A DNA stretch of 61,723 bases from an uncultured bacterium. Its GTDB lineage: Bacteria; CAYUVA01. Where the stretch lies: contig CAYUVA010000024.1 of the NCBI GenBank assembly GCA_964448115.1, positions 1 to 61,723 on the forward strand, written 5' to 3'. A program made the position numbers and the translations under genes. This document shows, in pieces, positions 57,317-61,723 of the stretch (position 1 is its first letter; each line of letters begins with the position of its first letter). The notes under the pieces are model-generated. The model was not told the origin of the DNA. It did not search any database and saw only the letters and a program-made list of their open reading frames with translations.

Positions 57317-59950
57317 TCAATCGTAGTTTGCATAAATAATGCGATTGTTCAAGGTGTCCGAGATGTAAACTCTCCCTCCTGGACAGACAGCTATACCCAT
57401 CGGGTAATTTAGCGGCTTGAAGGAGGTCTGCTCCATGTAAAAACTATCCAACTTGTTGCCGTCAGGCGTATAACGAAAGATCTGTTTGCCAGGAGGGTCG
57501 GTAACTAATATATTCCCGTCCGGCGCAATATCGATGTATGGCTCCCGAAAGATATCCCCCTGCCACAGATCAACCTGCCAGTGCATGAGGTACTTGCCAT
57601 TGGAATCGAAGACCTGGATACGATGGTTCCAGGTATCGCAAACATAGATTCGACCGTCACTTCCTATGGTTATGCCTATAGGCTCCTGGAACTGTCCCGC
57701 TCCATCCCCCCTGGTTCCCCATTTAGCGATTAGATTTCCCCGGGTATCATACTTGTGGATGCTGCAATTACCGCTCTCAACGATGTAAAGATTGTCATCC
57801 TTATCGGTCTCGACTGCCCTAGGTGCATAGAGATCCTTGATGCTAAGTATATGCTCTCCCTTTGCATCGAACTTCTGCACTCTATAGTTCCAAGTATCGG
57901 CGACATAAATATTGCCTTTGCTATCAACACAGATCCCACAGGGATCGTTGAATTTACCAGGCATATCCCCTTTGCCGCCCCAGGCATTGAGCAGCCGATT
58001 TTCGCTATCAAATATATAGACCATGTTATTCCTGAAATCGGAGACATAGAGCTTTCCATCTTCTCCGCAGTCTATATCGCGGGGCTGATTAAGCTCCATC
58101 TGATCAAGCGTCTTCCCTTTGGGTATCTCCTCCATGACCGCATAGGCAGAATAGTTAACTTCAATGGTCTTAAAGCGGTCCATGTTCATGCTGATCAGGT
58201 AGTCTCGCTCTATATTTGCTACCTCATCCGGTGGATTTTTAATTAACGCCTTGATGATCCTCTTGGAGAGGGGCTTGATTTTTTTAAACACCAGGATCTT
58301 GGGGTGATCATAAGTAGTAAACGACTCCTCGGCAAAGTCATCATTAAGCTCAATACCGAATAACGCTGGGTAGCGGGTAAATACCCTAACAAGGTCAAAA
58401 CCCAAGGCTCCACTGAAAAGCAGCCTGTAATAGTTGCATGAGACCCAGTAGTGATCCGGATACTTCATCAAGCCGCCATAGAGCCTTTTAGTCGCCAAGG
58501 TTATGTAATCTGCCTCATTTATCTTGCTCGCTAGCAGGTCAAGGTCTCGATCATCGATTATTTCGTCGTTTATGAAGCGCTCCTTGATCACAGCGCTCAG
58601 GTCCGCATAGTCGGAACGGTAGCGCAAACTGGTAACTATGTTCATTCTGTGGGGTGGCTCCCCAGCGATGTTCATCGGAATAGGATCGTCCCAGGGTGAT
58701 TCACCCAGCACCACAGACCCTGGCGGTACATTCTCTCTGAACCACCTGGTTGCCTCTATTCGAGAGTTCGGCTGCAAATAGATGGTAAAGAAGGAAGCGG
58801 TATAGAGAATCTGCATGAAAATCCCCAATCCATAAGACCATCGTAACCATTTGATTGATACCCCCGTCTGCTGGCATAGACGATGCAGGTGATAAAACAT
58901 GAGACCTGCAAAGATGCATAAAAAGGGGACCATGGGCAGCATATAGCGAACGAACTTTACCTGCCAGGAACCGACAATTAAAAAATATGGTATCGCATAA
59001 GCTAAAAGTATTGCCTCCTCCTCGCGCCTAAAAAAGGCAGACTTGTTCATAATAAATAAAAAGCCTAAAAATCCGAGGATACCTGCTCCGTACCCCATTC
59101 CCCATTTAATCAACATCTGCGTCTGGTAGATATAAGGGGATGTGCCCCTAAAGACCATGGTGTAGCTAGGAATGTACTCCCCAATCACCACCTTACCCTC
59201 GTAGTCCATTGCCTTGCGAAATTCCTCGAAATCGAGGTATGTATAAGGGGCAGCAATGAAGGAGACCGCCACTGCCACAACGAGAAGCACTACCAGGCGC
59301 TGTAACTTGCGCCAGCGAAAGATATCCTTCATTCGGCGCAAGGTCAGGATGTGCATCACGAAAACGGGGAGAATTAGGACTATGCCGCTTGTCTTGGTGG
59401 CAAGGGTTAATCCAACGAAAATACCAGTTAGGATATAGTTCTTCCATTCAGGCTTAAACCTGGTCTGTACCGCATAATAAAGCGCAGCCATAGTCATACA
59501 GACTAAAAAATTATCCACCGTGCCGTAGTGCGATGATTGAATATTGAGCACGGCAAGTCCCATCATGGCAGCAGCGATTAGTCCTGAATCCCTGTTACCT
59601 ATCCGGGATGTGATTAGATAAACCAGCAAAACGGTAAATAGTGCCGCCATTGCTGAGGTGAAACGAAGAACAAGTACTTGGTAGTTGATGTTGACAAAGA
59701 TACTAATTAAGGAAAGAAGCAACTTGTTTACATAAACCGGAAAAGCACCATAAACGAAGAAATGAGGATTAAGATCACCGAGGCTTACCCGGTCAACCTG
59801 GGTCATTACATTGCGCTCATCAGAGTGAAAGTAGCTACCATGATCCCAGTTTAGGTTGTAAAGGCGCAAGAAAGCTGAAATGATAAGAATCACAATCAAT
59901 ATCAGGGTCCTTTTATCCCTGAGCCTGGTCTTCAACCGCTTGATATTCAT
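57317..59950 (-). CDS. GT39/PMT-like glycosyltransferase fused to an NHL-repeat beta-propeller
   Basis: LRLYNLNWD...HSDE, NPHFF.YG, HYGTVD, ATK, RYMLP; repeats such as F..P.GI.VD..GNIYVADTWN.RVQKFD. Confidence 0.88.
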   Translation of the reverse strand: MNIKRLKTRLRDKRTLILIVILIISAFLRLYNLNWDHGSYFHSDERNVMTQVDRVSLGDLNPHFFVYGAFPVYVNKLLLSLISIFVNINYQVLVLRFTSAMAALFTVLLVYLITSRIGNRDSGLIAAAMMGLAVLNIQSSHYGTVDNFLVCMTMAALYYAVQTRFKPEWKNYILTGIFVGLTLATKTSGIVLILPVFVMHILTLRRMKDIFRWRKLQRLVVLLVVAVAVSFIAAPYTYLDFEEFRKAMDYEGKVVIGEYIPSYTMVFRGTSPYIYQTQMLIKWGMGYGAGILGFLGFLFIMNKSAFFRREEEAILLAYAIPYFLIVGSWQVKFVRYMLPMVPFLCIFAGLMFYHLHRLCQQTGVSIKWLRWSYGLGIFMQILYTASFFTIYLQPNSRIEATRWFRENVPPGSVVLGESPWDDPIPMNIAGEPPHRMNIVTSLRYRSDYADLSAVIKERFINDEIIDDRDLDLLASKINEADYITLATKRLYGGLMKYPDHYWVSCNYYRLLFSGALGFDLVRVFTRYPALFGIELNDDFAEESFTTYDHPKILVFKKIKPLSKRIIKALIKNPPDEVANIERDYLISMNMDRFKTIEVNYSAYAVMEEIPKGKTLDQMELNQPRDIDCGEDGKLYVSDFRNNMVYIFDSENRLLNAWGGKGDMPGKFNDPCGICVDSKGNIYVADTWNYRVQKFDAKGEHILSIKDLYAPRAVETDKDDNLYIVESGNCSIHKYDTRGNLIAKWGTRGDGAGQFQEPIGITIGSDGRIYVCDTWNHRIQVFDSNGKYLMHWQVDLWQGDIFREPYIDIAPDGNILVTDPPGKQIFRYTPDGNKLDSFYMEQTSFKPLNYPMGIAVCPGGRVYISDTLNNRIIYANYD

Positions 59951-60047
59951 AATGTTCCCTGCAAAGCCTGTTTATCTCTGAACATCGGGATTATAGGTTA
60001 AAAAATAAGCTAAAATCAAATAAAATTAAATGGAGCTTGTCAAGCTA

Positions 60048-60076
60048 TTGACACAAAATACGATTTCAGATATTAT
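60048..60076 (+). promoter_or_regulatory. sigma70-type promoter
   Basis: TTGACA-17 nt-TATTAT, 53 nt upstream of the ATG at 60130. Confidence 0.65.
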
Positions 60077-60129
60077 CCTACCAAGAATATTCAAAACAAA
60101 CCAGTATCACATGTATGGAGAATTACATA

Positions 60130-61723
60130 ATGAAAAAGATATTCATGGCATCAATGATACTCTTGTTATGCACTAATGCTTGGGGCTACGATCGCATCGA
60201 GATCAACCCGAATTTCCTCGGCTCACTTTGCTTTGTTGAAGATGGCATGACTCAGCCCTTCTTCGTAGCCGGCAAGGATGCCTACATGCTTTTGAGAGAA
60301 GGTGTCGATTACCGAGCTTATCTGCAAAAAGCCAAATCGCATGGATTCAACACATTCCGCATCTTCCTGATGGCTTTCTGGTGGCAGGAGATGGATATGG
60401 GGCAACCGATGCCGTGGAACAGGGAAACTATGCCTAATACAGAGGGGAGCTACTCGCCCTACTGGTGGGAGAACTACGATAGCGAATTCTGGGCTAGAGC
60501 AAACCAGGTGCTCAGCTTCATGGAGCAGGAGGGGCTGGTGGCAGTACTTGTACTGCTCGACTGGGGCTCGATAAGCAACCTCAACTGCCTGGCGCCGGGA
60601 ATGAATGAGGGCAAGCCCTTTTTGCTCGATCACCACAATCCGAACATCCCTGCTGAAAAGAAGGATCAGCTCGAATCCTATATCTCAACGGTTATGCGCA
60701 ACCTGGGACACCATAAAAATATCATCTTCGAGATAGGCAACTCTATACACCAAGCCTTTGTCTGCCGTAGCTGCAATATCTGTGCTCGTGGATTCGAACA
60801 GGCGCCGGTGCCGAACCAGAACAGCTTCATCCGTTGGCTGGATAGAGTAGCTGGATTGATCCAGGGATCCCCAGACTACCAGGATCAGCTCATCACAAAC
60901 ACCTTGATCAGCGGATACTGGATGACCGAATGCGGGGGATGGAGCGATATAATACTGGAACTTCTGCGCCAGGATCGCCCATGGTTGCGATTGCTAGCGA
61001 CTCATTCCAACCGCAGCGGATTCTGGTACTACGATAATACTTACAACCATGCAGCTCGCATAATGAGTGAGGTCGATGGCATCGCTCCCATCATGGACAC
61101 AGAGCCGAATTGCTATGGAGCGATTACCCAGCCGATGCGAAGGGATAGCGATGTGGAGCACTTTCGTATTTATGCCTGGGTGGCGTACATGTCAGGGCTA
61201 ATGCCATTTTATCACTCTGAGGTAGGCATCTTTGCCGAGAATCGCGATTTCTTCGGCACTGAGCTTGAGGATTCGGGCGCCGAAGGTTTTAGGTATTTCA
61301 ACAACTTCTGGCTCGATGAAAAGGGCAAGCCGAGGCTCGATTTCTGGAAGCTCAAGCCGGATACACAAGCTATGAACCTGGAGACCGAGCAGGGGGAGCT
61401 AAACTTGACCGCATTCTCGATGAGCAGCCTGGATGAGCAGGTCATCTATATCTTGAACAATGCGCCCCCAATGAGCGCAAACTTCGAGAATATCGAGGCG
61501 CCACGGGAGTTCTGCCAGCTAGCGGATCATGCCCCGGAGATGTGCGATCAGCCAAAGGGGAATTATGGGCGCAACGGACAGGAGAAATCTTATGCCAGGG
61601 GACCGAACGATCCCTGGGATCATCGCGATGGGATAATGCCGCCACCAGCACAAGTCAGCGACAATAGCCTCATCAGGATAGAGAAAATGCTAAGCGCCGA
61701 AAGGTATGCGCTCTCAGGTAGAT
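60130..61723 (+). CDS. secreted clan GH-A-like (GH5/DUF4038-like) TIM-barrel protein, 3' partial
   Basis: Manual translation, open to the edge: MKKIFMASMILLLCTNAWG signal, YLQKAKSHGFNTFRIF, FW.RA..V....EGLV..LVL.D, NIIFEIGNS, PIMDTEP; GGAG RBS; absent from the ORF track because there is no stop. Confidence 0.8.
   Translation, partial: MKKIFMASMILLLCTNAWGYDRIEINPNFLGSLCFVEDGMTQPFFVAGKDAYMLLREGVDYRAYLQKAKSHGFNTFRIFLMAFWWQEMDMGQPMPWNRETMPNTEGSYSPYWWENYDSEFWARANQVLSFMEQEGLVAVLVLLDWGSISNLNCLAPGMNEGKPFLLDHHNPNIPAEKKDQLESYISTVMRNLGHHKNIIFEIGNSIHQAFVCRSCNICARGFEQAPVPNQNSFIRWLDRVAGLIQGSPDYQDQLITNTLISGYWMTECGGWSDIILELLRQDRPWLRLLATHSNRSGFWYYDNTYNHAARIMSEVDGIAPIMDTEPNCYGAITQPMRRDSDVEHFRIYAWVAYMSGLMPFYHSEVGIFAENRDFFGTELEDSGAEGFRYFNNFWLDEKGKPRLDFWKLKPDTQAMNLETEQGELNLTAFSMSSLDEQVIYILNNAPPMSANFENIEAPREFCQLADHAPEMCDQPKGNYGRNGQEKSYARGPNDPWDHRDGIMPPPAQVSDNSLIRIEKMLSAERYALSGR

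Noticed and set aside
60223-61651. Three short minus-strand ORFs in the track
   Set aside because: They are shadows of the long + strand ORF starting at 60130

Overview
61.7-kb bacterial chromosomal segment, probably from a metagenome-assembled, diderm, likely anaerobic organism (TolC and OmpA-family genes, an Fe-S activase, a 40-N scaffold gap). Housekeeping genes (acpP-fabF-rnc, aspS, rqcH, Tex-like, carD, pckA, rpsU, putP) are interleaved with many cell-envelope genes: about six multi-TM GT-C-like glycosyltransferases, a UDP-glucuronate decarboxylase, large secreted proteins with Pro/Thr linkers, TolC with two adaptors, a Ser/Thr kinase, a hybrid histidine kinase and a REC-GGDEF protein. 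I saw no rRNA, tRNA, CRISPR array, prophage or transposase; the only mobile-type module is a HEPN-MNT pair. The best leads are: (1) a shared ~100-aa C-terminal domain after Pro/Thr linkers on two unrelated secreted proteins, a candidate sorting/anchoring signal possibly tied to O-glycosylation; (2) a minimal 2-hydroxyacyl-CoA-dehydratase-like plus ATP-dependent activase pair; (3) a 1-kb intergenic region with a parS site, IHF-consensus boxes and a candidate structured RNA; (4) several ORFs missing from the supplied track (symporter accessory peptide, decayed rubredoxin, a GH-A-like protein lacking the acid/base Glu). All family calls come from motif recognition by eye; no searches were run.
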